64,000 bases of DNA, from NCBI GenBank assembly GCA_965205265.1, contig CBDBGH010000003.1, positions 256,001-320,000 on the forward strand, given 5' to 3'. Position numbers and translations under genes: made by a program. Under the pieces are notes generated by a model. That model made no database searches. It saw only the letters and a program-made list of their open reading frames with translations, and was not told the origin of the DNA. This DNA is from Alphaproteobacteria bacterium (GTDB taxonomy: Bacteria > Pseudomonadota > Alphaproteobacteria > Bin95). Of the stretch, positions 1-8,495 are shown piece after piece. How positions within the stretch are numbered: the first letter of the stretch is position 1; each line of letters opens with the position of its first letter.

Positions 1-1201
1 TGAGCACGATGCGGTTTGTATTCGTGCCCTTGCGGTTGTTGGCCACGCCCCAGCAATTGGCGGTCTTGGTAAAGCGCTGCTCGTTCACCATCACGCCCTC
101 GACGGCGAACGGCAGGCCGCCGGCGGCCGCCACGACATGGTCCTCCAGCAGCACCCTGCCGCCGCGCACCTCGCCTACCTCGAAGGCGAGGAAGCCGCCG
201 GGGCGCAGCGTGCGCGCGATGTCGCGGAGGCTCGCATGGACGAAGGCCCGCCAGGCGTCCGGCGTCCTGTGGGCGGCGATCGACACCGCGTCCCGGTCGA
301 TGCCGGCGAACCAGCAGCGCAGCCAGTTGTCCGTGCGGTAGTCCACCTGGTCGAGGAAGGGCGGGGAGGTGATGGCGAGATCGACCGAGCCGTCCGGCAC
401 GAAGGCGGCATTCTCCGCAGGGGCCGCGCCGAGCAGCGCCGGCGGATGCGGCGGCGGCGCGCCCGTCGAGAGCAGCGAGCGGCTCTTGCGCAGGATGAGC
501 GCGTCCACGTCGCGCGGCGGCGGCGTCTGGCCGCGCTTCGCATTGATGCGGCGCTGGCGCTCGGCCGCGACCGCCTGGTTGGGCGGCATGGTATAGACCG
601 AGAAGAAGCCGGGCGAATGGCCGGTGAGGCGGTTGAGGCAGACCATGCGCAGCCACCCGTCCACCGGGTCGAGCGCGCCCGACCGCTCATGCTCAACGAA
701 CCATGCGCGAAGGGCGGCGAGGCGGGCAAGCACCGAGTCGTGGAAGAAGACGCGCAGGTCGCCCAGCAACGGCTCTTCCGGCAGGGGGGCAGAGGGCGGG
801 ATCTCCGCGAGCCGCGCGGCGATGTCCTCCGGGGAGGGCGGCGCCAGGCGGGGGCGGAGCAGCATGGCGGAGAGCGGGTTGATGTCGGAGCCGACCGGCC
901 GGCGGCCCGTCAGCGCGGCCTGCAAGGGCGTCGTGCCGCGCCCCATGAAGGGGTCGTAAACCGCGTCGCCCGGCTGCGTCAGCCGCTCGATGAAGAAGCC
1001 CGGAAGCTGCGGCTTGAAACAGGCCCGGTAGCTCACCTCATGCAGCCGGCTCGCCTGCCGCTGCCCGGCGGTCCAGAACTCGTTGGTGAAACAGCGGAGG
1101 CCGTTTCGCCCGGCGATGCGGGTAGGGCGGCCCCGATACCGAAAGGCAGCGAGAAAGTCGGGAAACGCCTGCGGAGGGTCCGGTGCCAGGGCCGGGACCA
1201 T
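1..1201 (-). CDS. Site-specific amino-DNA methyltransferase (N4-C/N6-A type); 3' end runs off the window
   Basis: Absent from the ORF track because there is no stop in the window. Manual minus-strand translation from ATG at 1201 gives MVPALAPDPP...FTNEFWTAGQRQASRLHEVSYRACFKPQLP...VYDPFMGRGTT (SAM-binding motif I)...VDLAITSPPF (catalytic motif IV)...KGTNTNRIVL, open to the window edge. Confidence 0.85.
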   Translation of the reverse strand, partial: MVPALAPDPPQAFPDFLAAFRYRGRPTRIAGRNGLRCFTNEFWTAGQRQASRLHEVSYRACFKPQLPGFFIERLTQPGDAVYDPFMGRGTTPLQAALTGRRPVGSDINPLSAMLLRPRLAPPSPEDIAARLAEIPPSAPLPEEPLLGDLRVFFHDSVLARLAALRAWFVEHERSGALDPVDGWLRMVCLNRLTGHSPGFFSVYTMPPNQAVAAERQRRINAKRGQTPPPRDVDALILRKSRSLLSTGAPPPHPPALLGAAPAENAAFVPDGSVDLAITSPPFLDQVDYRTDNWLRCWFAGIDRDAVSIAAHRTPDAWRAFVHASLRDIARTLRPGGFLAFEVGEVRGGRVLLEDHVVAAAGGLPFAVEGVMVNEQRFTKTANCWGVANNRKGTNTNRIVL

Positions 1202-1329
1202 GCCTTCATTCGTCACCCCGGACGACGCGTCAGCGGCGATCCGGGGCCTTTCCCGGCGGAGGTTGTCCCTTGCGGCGCGAGGCCCCGGCTCAACGCCGGG
1301 GCGACGACTGGCTGGAACCGGGGCCTCCC

Positions 1330-1962
1330 TCAACTTTCCCCCGGCGCCCGTGCCGGCGCTGTGCCGATGAGGGCGTCGCGGGTGACGAGGGCGGCCAGCG
1401 CGTCCTCGTCCATGTCGCCGGTGCCCTCCGGGCGGCGGGGGAGGACGATGTAGCGGAGGTCGGCCGTGCTGTCGTGGACGCGGACCTCCACCTCCTCCGG
1501 CAGTTCCGTGCCGAACTCGGCCAGCACGGTGCGCGGCTCGCGGACGACGCGCGCGCGGTAGGCCTTCTTTTTGTACCAGGCGGGCGGCAGGCCCAGCACC
1601 ATGCGCGGATAGCAGGAGCAGAGCGTGCAGACGATGACATTGTGGACTTGCGCAGTGTTCTCGACGACGCGCACGGTCGGGCTGTGCTCCAGCTCGTAGC
1701 CCTCCTCCGCCAGCAGGCCGGCCGCGTCCTCCAGCAGCCGGGCTTTGTAGTCCGGGTCGGTCCAGGCGCGGGCCACGAGGCGCGCGCCGTTCGCCGGCGT
1801 CAGGCTGTCCATCGCCTCGATCCGGCGCTGGATGGCGGCGGCGTCGAGAACGCCTTTCTCGATCAGCAGCTCGCGGATGGCGCGCTCCAGCGGCTCGTAT
1901 TCGCTCGACGGGTCGTCGGCGGCATGGGGGTGGGGATGGGTGTGGACATGCGGGTCGTTCAT
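1330..1962 (-). CDS. Co-type nitrile hydratase alpha / thiocyanate hydrolase gamma-like subunit
   Basis: Metal-binding motif VCTLCSCY (Thr/Tyr pattern of Co-type enzymes), plus GARLVARAWTDP, VHDST..LRYIVLPRRP and a His-rich N-terminus. Confidence 0.93.
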   Translation of the reverse strand: MNDPHVHTHPHPHAADDPSSEYEPLERAIRELLIEKGVLDAAAIQRRIEAMDSLTPANGARLVARAWTDPDYKARLLEDAAGLLAEEGYELEHSPTVRVVENTAQVHNVIVCTLCSCYPRMVLGLPPAWYKKKAYRARVVREPRTVLAEFGTELPEEVEVRVHDSTADLRYIVLPRRPEGTGDMDEDALAALVTRDALIGTAPARAPGES

Positions 1963-2246
1963 GGCCTGTCCTCCAGCGGCTGGAGCCAGTGTTCGTAGAT
2001 GTCGGCGTCGAGCGTATCGGCCGCCCCGCCGTCATAGCCCTCCCAGAGGTCGGCCTGCCGGAACCGCACCTGGTAGAGCGCGAGGTCCGGCTTGCCGGGG
2101 CGGAAATAGGCGAGCGCCTCCGGGTTCGGGAAGGAGCCGAGGCAGGCCGCCACCACGCCCTCGCGGCCCTTGAGATAGCCGGGCACGCGGTGGTGGCCGG
2201 CATGGAAGCGGTCGTCCACCCGGACCCTGGCGCCGATTTCGATCAC
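1959..2246 (-). CDS. Nitrile hydratase beta C-terminal (SH3-like) domain as a separate protein (ScnA-like)
   Basis: 3' part of track ORF 1959..2735. GTG at 2246 follows a GGAGG RBS and overlaps the upstream stop (GTGA). Contains GHHRVPGYLKGREG, PNPEALAY, LYQVRF..LW, DIYEHWL. Confidence 0.85.
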   Translation of the reverse strand: MIEIGARVRVDDRFHAGHHRVPGYLKGREGVVAACLGSFPNPEALAYFRPGKPDLALYQVRFRQADLWEGYDGGAADTLDADIYEHWLQPLEDRP

Positions 2247-2527
2247 GGTTCGCGCCCTCCTTCGCGGGCAAGATGCGCCTCGATGGCGGCGCGGTCCAGA
2301 ATGCCGAGCTCCTCCAGCGACTGCCGGAGCGCCGCCAGCCGCCGGTCGTACCAGGCCGCGCCCTCCGAAGCGTCCTCGCGGAGCGCCGCCATCGTGCGGC
2401 GGTGCGCCTCGACAAGCTGCGCCTCGCCGCTGTCCGCGAGCAGGGACAGCAGCGCCTCCACCCGCCGCTCGTAAAGCGTCGGCTGGCGCGGCGCCGCCGC
2501 CGCGTCGCTCTGGGCCGGACCGTGCAT
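2243..2527 (-). CDS. Nitrile hydratase beta N-terminal-like helical subunit (ScnB-like)
   Basis: YERRVEALLSLL...EAHRR...WYDRRLAAL..LEELGIL matches the NHase beta N-half pattern; translationally coupled to the next gene. Start could alternatively be TTG at 2536. Confidence 0.7.
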   Translation of the reverse strand: MHGPAQSDAAAAPRQPTLYERRVEALLSLLADSGEAQLVEAHRRTMAALREDASEGAAWYDRRLAALRQSLEELGILDRAAIEAHLAREGGREP

Positions 2528-2613
2528 CGCGCCCAAGCATAGCCCCGCCTATGCGCCCGGAACAGACTGTGCAAGACTGCGCGCCCCCGCGCGAGTTTCG
2601 AGGAGGAAAGCCG

Positions 2614-3507
2614 ATGTCCGAGCGCCGCACCACACGCCTGAAACGCCTTGTGCAGGCGCCCGAAATCCTGGTCGCGCCGGGCGTCGTGGACGGCATCGGC
2701 GCGCGGCTCGTGGCGAAGGCCGGCTTCGACGCCATCTACATGACGGGCGCCGGGACCACGGCCAGCCGCCTCGGCATGCCGGATGTCGGCCTGCTGACGA
2801 TGACCGAGATGGCCGACAATGCCGGGCGCATCGCCGACGCTTCCGGCCTGCCGCTGGTGGCCGACGCCGACACGGGCTATGGAGGCCCGGTGAATGTGCG
2901 CCGCACGGTGCAGGCCTATGAGCGCGCGGGCGTGGCGGGGCTGCATATCGAGGACCAGTCCTGGCCCAAGCGCTGCGGGCACCTGGCAGGCAAGACGGTG
3001 ATCCCGAAAGCCGACATGGTCGCCAAGATCAAGGCGGCGTGCGATGCGCGCATCGACCCCGACTTCCAGGTCATCGCGCGCTGCGACGCCATCGCGGTGG
3101 AAGGCTGGGAGCCGGCCATCGAGCGCGCGGAAGCCTATCAGGAGGCGGGCGCGGACATCCTCTTCATCGAGGCGATGACCACGATGGACCAGCTCGCCTT
3201 CGCGCCGAAGCATTTCCGCGCGCCCTGCCTGTTCAACATGGCGTCGAGCGGCAAGACGCCGGAGCTCTCGGCGGCGGAGATGGAGGCGCTCGGCTTCGCC
3301 GTCGCCATCTTCCCGGGCATCACGATGTCGGCGGCCATCCCCGCCATGACGCGCGCGCTCGCGACGCTGAGGGAAACCGGCGACGTCCGCCCGATCAGCA
3401 ACGAGTTCACGCCCTTCCGGGAATATTTCGACCTGATGGGCATGGCCGAGGTGCAGGCGTTGGAGGACCGCTACGCGGTCGATGACGCCGCCCGCGTCGG
3501 CTATTGA
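2614..3507 (+). CDS. Isocitrate lyase/PEP mutase family C-C lyase (PrpB/2,3-dimethylmalate lyase-like)
   Basis: DADTGYG, IEDQ..PKRCGH catalytic loop, IARCDA; GAGGAGG RBS before ATG 2614. Confidence 0.9.
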   Translation: MSERRTTRLKRLVQAPEILVAPGVVDGIGARLVAKAGFDAIYMTGAGTTASRLGMPDVGLLTMTEMADNAGRIADASGLPLVADADTGYGGPVNVRRTVQAYERAGVAGLHIEDQSWPKRCGHLAGKTVIPKADMVAKIKAACDARIDPDFQVIARCDAIAVEGWEPAIERAEAYQEAGADILFIEAMTTMDQLAFAPKHFRAPCLFNMASSGKTPELSAAEMEALGFAVAIFPGITMSAAIPAMTRALATLRETGDVRPISNEFTPFREYFDLMGMAEVQALEDRYAVDDAARVGY

Positions 3508-3520
3508 GGACGAGCGCCCC

Positions 3521-4915
3521 ATGCCAGCCACGATGTTCGACAAGATCTGGGACGCCCACACGATCCTGGAGCGCGAGGGCAACACCCTCCTGCATGTCGC
3601 CTTCCACCTCTGCCATGACGGCTCGGCCGGAGGCTTCGCCAAGCTGAAGGAGCGCGGCATTGCGGTGCGCCGGCCGGACCGCATGGCCGGCACGCCCGAC
3701 CACTATGTGCCGACCACCAGCCGGCGCATCGAGGACCTCGCCACCGAGGACATGAAGCGCATCTTCCGCGTCTTCGGCGAGAACTTCGCCGCCAACGGGA
3801 TCACGCATTTCCCGGTGGAGGACGCGCGCCAGGGCATCATCCATGTCGTGGGGCCGGAACAGGGCTTCACCCAGCCGGGCCTGGTGATCGTGTGCGGCGA
3901 CAGCCACACCTCGACGCATGGCGCGGTCGGCGCCATCGCGTTCGGCATCGGCTCTTCGGAGGTCGCGCACGTCATGGCGACGCAGGCGCTCTGGCAGAAG
4001 CGTCCGAAGACCATGCGCATCACCATTAATGGCGAGCGCCCCTTCGGTGTGACCGGCAAGGACGCGATCCTCGCCATCATCGCCCATATCGGCGCGGTCG
4101 GCGGCACGGGCTATGCCGTGGAATATGCGGGCTCGCTCATCCGCGCCTTCTCGATGGAGGAGCGGCTGACGGTCTGCAACATGTCGATCGAGGCCGGCGC
4201 GCGCTGCGGCATGATCGCGCCCGACGAAAAGACCTTCGACTATCTGAAGGGCCGGCCCTTCGCGCCCGCCGGCGCGGAATGGGACAAGGCGCTGGCCCAC
4301 TGGCGCGGCCTGCCGTCCGACCCCGGCGCCGCCTTCGACCGCGAGGAGGCGCTGGACGGGGCCGCGCTCGCGCCGATGGTGACCTGGGGCACGAGCCCGG
4401 AAAACGCCGTGCCGGTGACGGACCGGGTGCCGGACCCGGCGGCCGAGCCCGACGAGGAACGCCGCGCCGCGCTCGAGGGCGCCATCGACTATATGGGCCT
4501 CGCCGCGGGACAGGCGATCACCGACATCGAGGTGGACCGGGTGTTCATCGGGTCCTGCACCAACAGCCGCATCGAGGACCTGCGCGCCGCCGCGAAGGTG
4601 GTGGAGGGGCGCCGGATCAGGGTCGGCCACGCCTTCGTCTCGCCGGGTTCCGGCCTCATCAAGAAGCAGGCCGAGGACGAGGGCCTCGACCGCATCTTCA
4701 CCGAGGCGGGTTTCGAGTGGCGCGAGAGCGCGTGCTCCATGTGCGTCGGCATAAACGGCGACATTGCGCGCCCCGGCGAGCGCACGGCCTCCACCTCCAA
4801 CCGCAATTTCCGCGGGCGGCAGGGGCCGGGCGTGCGCACCCATCTGGTGAGTCCGGCCATGGCGGCGGCGGCGGCGGTCAGCGGCCGCTTCGCCGATGTG
4901 CGCGAATTCGGCTGA
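3521..4915 (+). CDS. LeuC-like aconitase-family hydratase/isomerase large subunit
   Basis: TMFDKIWDAH, DSHTSTHGA, FIGSCTNSR, CSMC (4Fe-4S cysteines), STSNRNFRGRQG. The N-terminal substrate motif is non-canonical. Confidence 0.9.
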   Translation: MPATMFDKIWDAHTILEREGNTLLHVAFHLCHDGSAGGFAKLKERGIAVRRPDRMAGTPDHYVPTTSRRIEDLATEDMKRIFRVFGENFAANGITHFPVEDARQGIIHVVGPEQGFTQPGLVIVCGDSHTSTHGAVGAIAFGIGSSEVAHVMATQALWQKRPKTMRITINGERPFGVTGKDAILAIIAHIGAVGGTGYAVEYAGSLIRAFSMEERLTVCNMSIEAGARCGMIAPDEKTFDYLKGRPFAPAGAEWDKALAHWRGLPSDPGAAFDREEALDGAALAPMVTWGTSPENAVPVTDRVPDPAAEPDEERRAALEGAIDYMGLAAGQAITDIEVDRVFIGSCTNSRIEDLRAAAKVVEGRRIRVGHAFVSPGSGLIKKQAEDEGLDRIFTEAGFEWRESACSMCVGINGDIARPGERTASTSNRNFRGRQGPGVRTHLVSPAMAAAAAVSGRFADVREFG

Positions 4916-4931
4916 GCGGAGGAAGAGGCAG

Positions 4932-5552
4932 ATGGAACCCTTCAAGACCTTCTCCGCCATCGCCGCGCCGCTCGACATGCTGAATGTCGATACGGACCAG
5001 GTGATCCCGGCGCGCTTCCTCAGCCGCCCGCTGGACGAACGCTACGGCACCTATCTCTTCCACGACCTGCGCTTCGACGCCGACGGCGCCGAGAAGCCGG
5101 ATTTCGTGATGAACCGGGAGGGCTTCCGGGGGGCGCAGGTACTGGTCGCCGACCGGAATTTCGGCTGCGGTTCCTCGCGCGAGAACGCGGTGACGGCGCT
5201 CGCCGCGGCAGGTTTCAAGGCGGTGATCGCGCCCTCCTTCGGCGACATCTTCTACAACAACTCGCTGAAGAACGGCTTCCTGCCGATCCGCTTGGCCGAC
5301 GAGACCTGCCGGCGGCTGCGCGAGATGCTGCATGAGGGGCCCGGCGGCGAGGTCACGGTCGATCTGGAAAGCCAGACCGTCACCGCGCCCGACCAGTCCA
5401 CCTGGAGCTTCGAGATCGACCCGTTCCAGAAGAACAAGGTGCTGCAGGGGCTCGACGACATCGACTTCACCATGCAGTACCTCGGCGAGATCCAGGCCTT
5501 CGAGAAGGATTACGACGCCCGTATGACCTGGGTCACGACCCGCCCGCGCTAA
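4932..5552 (+). CDS. LeuD-like small subunit
   Basis: NVDTDQVIPARFL, NFGCGSSRE, SFGDIFYNN, GLDDIDFT. Confidence 0.9.
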   Translation: MEPFKTFSAIAAPLDMLNVDTDQVIPARFLSRPLDERYGTYLFHDLRFDADGAEKPDFVMNREGFRGAQVLVADRNFGCGSSRENAVTALAAAGFKAVIAPSFGDIFYNNSLKNGFLPIRLADETCRRLREMLHEGPGGEVTVDLESQTVTAPDQSTWSFEIDPFQKNKVLQGLDDIDFTMQYLGEIQAFEKDYDARMTWVTTRPR

Positions 5553-5583
5553 CGCTTTCCCGGCGGTTGAAGGCGGGGGCATG

Positions 5584-5680
5584 ATTGCGCATATGACGTT
5601 ATGCGCAATAATTATTGCGTATATAGTTGCGTATTGCGCATAAGAGGTCTAGATTGCGCTTAATCGATACGCGCAATCTA
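5584..5680. promoter_or_regulatory. AT-rich putative promoter/operator with about seven (A)TTGCG(C/T) boxes in direct and inverted orientation
   Basis: ATTGCGCATA 5584-5593 / TATGCGCAAT 5600-5609 (perfect inverted repeat); ATTGCGTATA 5614-5623; TTGCGTAT 5627-5634; ATTGCGCATA 5633-5642; TAGATTGCGC 5650-5659 / GCGCAATCTA 5671-5680 (perfect inverted repeat), ending just before the RBS of the Fic gene. Confidence 0.6.
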
Positions 5681-5691
5681 GGAGCGGCAAG

Positions 5692-7119
5692 ATGCAGCGG
5701 CGTACGCGGGAAGAGAACCTGCAAGCGATTGAAAGGGTTGTGCAAGGCCGCCATGAAGGCGTGACCATGCAGGAGGTCGCCGCTGCGCTGGAGGCCGCGC
5801 CGCCGCGCAGGACCCTGCAATACCGCCTCAAGACCCTCGTCGACAGCGGACGCCTCGTCATGGAAGGCTCGGGCCGGTGGGCGCGCTACCGGGCTCCGAC
5901 ACTGATGCTGTCGGAGTTACCGGACTTCCTCGTTCTGGCGGAGCCGGAGCGCCCGTTTGGAGGAGCCGCTCCGGAGAAGCCCGCAGCAGAAGCGCAACCG
6001 CTATCCGGGGCGGGCGCGGAGATTCTGGAATATGTGCGGCGCCCGGTAGCGGCCCGCCAGCCGGTCGGCTACGACCCGGACTTCCTGTTCTCCTACCGGC
6101 CCAATGAAAGCTTCTACCTGTCCGAGGACGAGCGTGCGCAACTTCGGGAAACCGGCCGCGCAAGTGTCGGGGAACAGCCCGCGGGCACCTACGCCAAGCA
6201 GATACTCAACCGGCTGCTGATCGACCTTTCATGGAACTCGAGCCGCCTCGAGGGCAACACCTATTCGCTGCTCGACACTTGGCGCCTGATCGAGGCCGGC
6301 GAGGTGGCGGCGGGGAAGGACCGGCGCGATGCACAGATGATCCTCAACCACAAGAGCGCGATCGAGTTTCTCGTCGATGCGGCGGAAGACATCGGCTTCA
6401 ACCGCTACACGATCCTCAATCTGCATGCGGCGCTCGCGGACGACCTGCTGCCCGACCCGGATGCGCCGGGACGTTTGCGGCGAACCGGTGTGGGCATCCA
6501 CGGCTCCGTCTTCCACCCGCTGGAGGCGCCGCAGCTTGTCGAGGAGTGTTTCGACCGGATTCTCGCGTCGGCTGCCGCCATCGAGGATCCGTTCGAGCAG
6601 GCTTTCTTCGCAATGGTCCAGTTCCCGTATTTGCAGGCGTTCGACGACGTCAACAAGCGGGTGTCCCGCCTGGCGGCGAACATCCCGCATATCAGGGCGA
6701 ATCTGGCGCCCCTGTCCTTCGAGGACGTGCCGCGGGACCTCTACACGTCGGCCATCCTCGGCGTTTACGAACTGAGGCGCGTCGAATTGCTGCGCGACGT
6801 GTTCCTGTGGGCCTATCGGCGCTCGGCTGGCCGTTACGCCGCGGTGCGCCAATCGCTGGGCGAGCCCGATCCGCTCCGGCTGCGACTCCGGACGGAGTTG
6901 CGCGAACTCGTCGGCGAAGTCATTCGCGGTCGCATGGACAAGGCTGAGGCCAGTGTTCATGTCGAGGCGTGGACCGCGCGCCATGTCGACGAGCCGGACC
7001 GCGGTCGCTTTTGCGAGATTGCCGAGCGCGAACTCCTCAGCCTGCATGACGGCAATTTCGCGCGTTACCGGGTCAGGCCGTCCGAGTTTGCCGCCTGGCA
7101 GGCAGTCTGGCGCGAATAG
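5692..7119 (+). CDS. Fic/Fido-domain protein with N-terminal winged-HTH
   Basis: N-terminal EVAAAL..PPRRTLQYRLKTLVDSGRL..EGSGRWARY (wHTH-like), SWNSSRLEGNT, degenerate Fic motif YLQAFDDVNKRVSR. Confidence 0.85.
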   Translation: MQRRTREENLQAIERVVQGRHEGVTMQEVAAALEAAPPRRTLQYRLKTLVDSGRLVMEGSGRWARYRAPTLMLSELPDFLVLAEPERPFGGAAPEKPAAEAQPLSGAGAEILEYVRRPVAARQPVGYDPDFLFSYRPNESFYLSEDERAQLRETGRASVGEQPAGTYAKQILNRLLIDLSWNSSRLEGNTYSLLDTWRLIEAGEVAAGKDRRDAQMILNHKSAIEFLVDAAEDIGFNRYTILNLHAALADDLLPDPDAPGRLRRTGVGIHGSVFHPLEAPQLVEECFDRILASAAAIEDPFEQAFFAMVQFPYLQAFDDVNKRVSRLAANIPHIRANLAPLSFEDVPRDLYTSAILGVYELRRVELLRDVFLWAYRRSAGRYAAVRQSLGEPDPLRLRLRTELRELVGEVIRGRMDKAEASVHVEAWTARHVDEPDRGRFCEIAERELLSLHDGNFARYRVRPSEFAAWQAVWRE

Positions 7120-7140
7120 AGGGCAGGTCCGGCTTCCTTG

Positions 7141-8349
7141 CTAACGTCGCCGTTCCGTCAGCGCGACGCCGGCTTCTATGAGAGTCTCGATCTCGGCCCC
7201 TGCATAGCCGGCTTCGGCCAGCACCTCGCGCGTCGCGTTGCCGAAGAAGGGCGGGGCGGTGCGCACGCTGCCGGGCGTGCGCGAGAGCTTGGCGGCGATG
7301 CCGGGCGCCTCCCATTCGTCGCCCTCGACCGAAGCGCGCATGCCCCGGTGCAGTGTGTGCGGGTGGGTGAAGACCTCGGGAATGGCGTTGACCGGCCCGG
7401 CCGGGACGCCCTGGCGGAGCAGCGTCTCGCAGAGCGCATCGCATTCGAAATCCGCGAGCTTCGCTTCCAGCAGCGGCTTGAGCTCGGCGCGGTGGCGCGA
7501 CCGGGCGGCATTGTCCGCAAAGCGCGGGTCCTCCGCGAGTTCGCCGGCGCCGATGGCGGCGCAGAAGCGCGCCCACTGGCCGTTGTTTCCGATGGCGAGG
7601 AAGGCCTGTTTGTCGCGCGTCCGGAAGGCGTCATAGGGGTAGATATTGGGGTGTGCATTGCCGGTGATCGCCGGCGCCCTACCGGACATGAGCCAGTTCG
7701 GCGCCTGCGGGTGCAGCAGCGCAACGGCGCAGTCGTAGAGCGTGAGATCGAGGAACTGGCCGCGGCCGGACCGCTCGCGTTCGAGCAGTGCCATGAGGAT
7801 GGCGATGACAGCATTCAGGCCAGTGCCCATATCCACCATCGGCGTGCCGACGCGCACGGGCCCGCTTTCGGGCGAGCCGTTCACGCTCATCATGCCGGAC
7901 ATCGCTTGGATCACGGCGTCGTAACCGGGAAAGCCGCCGAGCGGCCCGTCCGCGCCGAAGCCGGTGATCCGGCAATGCACCAGCCGGGGGAAGCGCCGGC
8001 TCAGCACCTCCTCGTAGCCGAGGCCCCATTTCTCCAGCGTGCCGGGCTTGAAGTTCTCGGCGATGACATCCGCGCCTTCCAGCAGGCGCAGCAGCACCGC
8101 CTTGCCCTCGTCCCTGGAAAGGTCGAGGCCGATGGAGCGCTTGTTGCGGTTGACGCCCTGGAAATAGGCCGCCTCGCCGTCGGTGCGGAAGGGCGGCCCC
8201 CAGTCGCGCGTCTCGTCGCCCTGCGGCGGCTCGACCTTGACGACCTCCGCGCCGTGGTCGGCGAGGATCATGGTGCAATAGGGGCCGCCCAGCACCCTCG
8301 TGCAGTCGATCACGCGGTAGCCGGCGAGCGCGCCTGCGGAATGCGGCAT
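7141..8349 (-). CDS. Family III CoA-transferase (CaiB/BaiF)
   Basis: RVIDCTRVLGGP, GAEVVKVEPP.GDETR, NRNKRS, ENFKPG, GYDAVIQAMSG. Confidence 0.92.
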   Translation of the reverse strand: MPHSAGALAGYRVIDCTRVLGGPYCTMILADHGAEVVKVEPPQGDETRDWGPPFRTDGEAAYFQGVNRNKRSIGLDLSRDEGKAVLLRLLEGADVIAENFKPGTLEKWGLGYEEVLSRRFPRLVHCRITGFGADGPLGGFPGYDAVIQAMSGMMSVNGSPESGPVRVGTPMVDMGTGLNAVIAILMALLERERSGRGQFLDLTLYDCAVALLHPQAPNWLMSGRAPAITGNAHPNIYPYDAFRTRDKQAFLAIGNNGQWARFCAAIGAGELAEDPRFADNAARSRHRAELKPLLEAKLADFECDALCETLLRQGVPAGPVNAIPEVFTHPHTLHRGMRASVEGDEWEAPGIAAKLSRTPGSVRTAPPFFGNATREVLAEAGYAGAEIETLIEAGVALTERRR

Positions 8350-8495
8350 GGCAGCGGGACTCCTCGGGAAACGGAGGGAAGGCGCGAAACCTAGCGGCTG
8401 CGGCGGCGGTGCGAAAGCGCCGGCCTCCAGGGCCCGTCTTGATGCTGCCGGCCTCCTCGTCTAGCTACAGGGACGGCGGAGCGGGGAGGACAAGC

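Noticed and set aside
3521-5552. Assigning gene symbols leuC/leuD (leucine biosynthesis)
   Set aside because: Substrate-binding motifs deviate and the context (ICL-family lyase, no leuA/leuB) suggests catabolism; symbols withheld.
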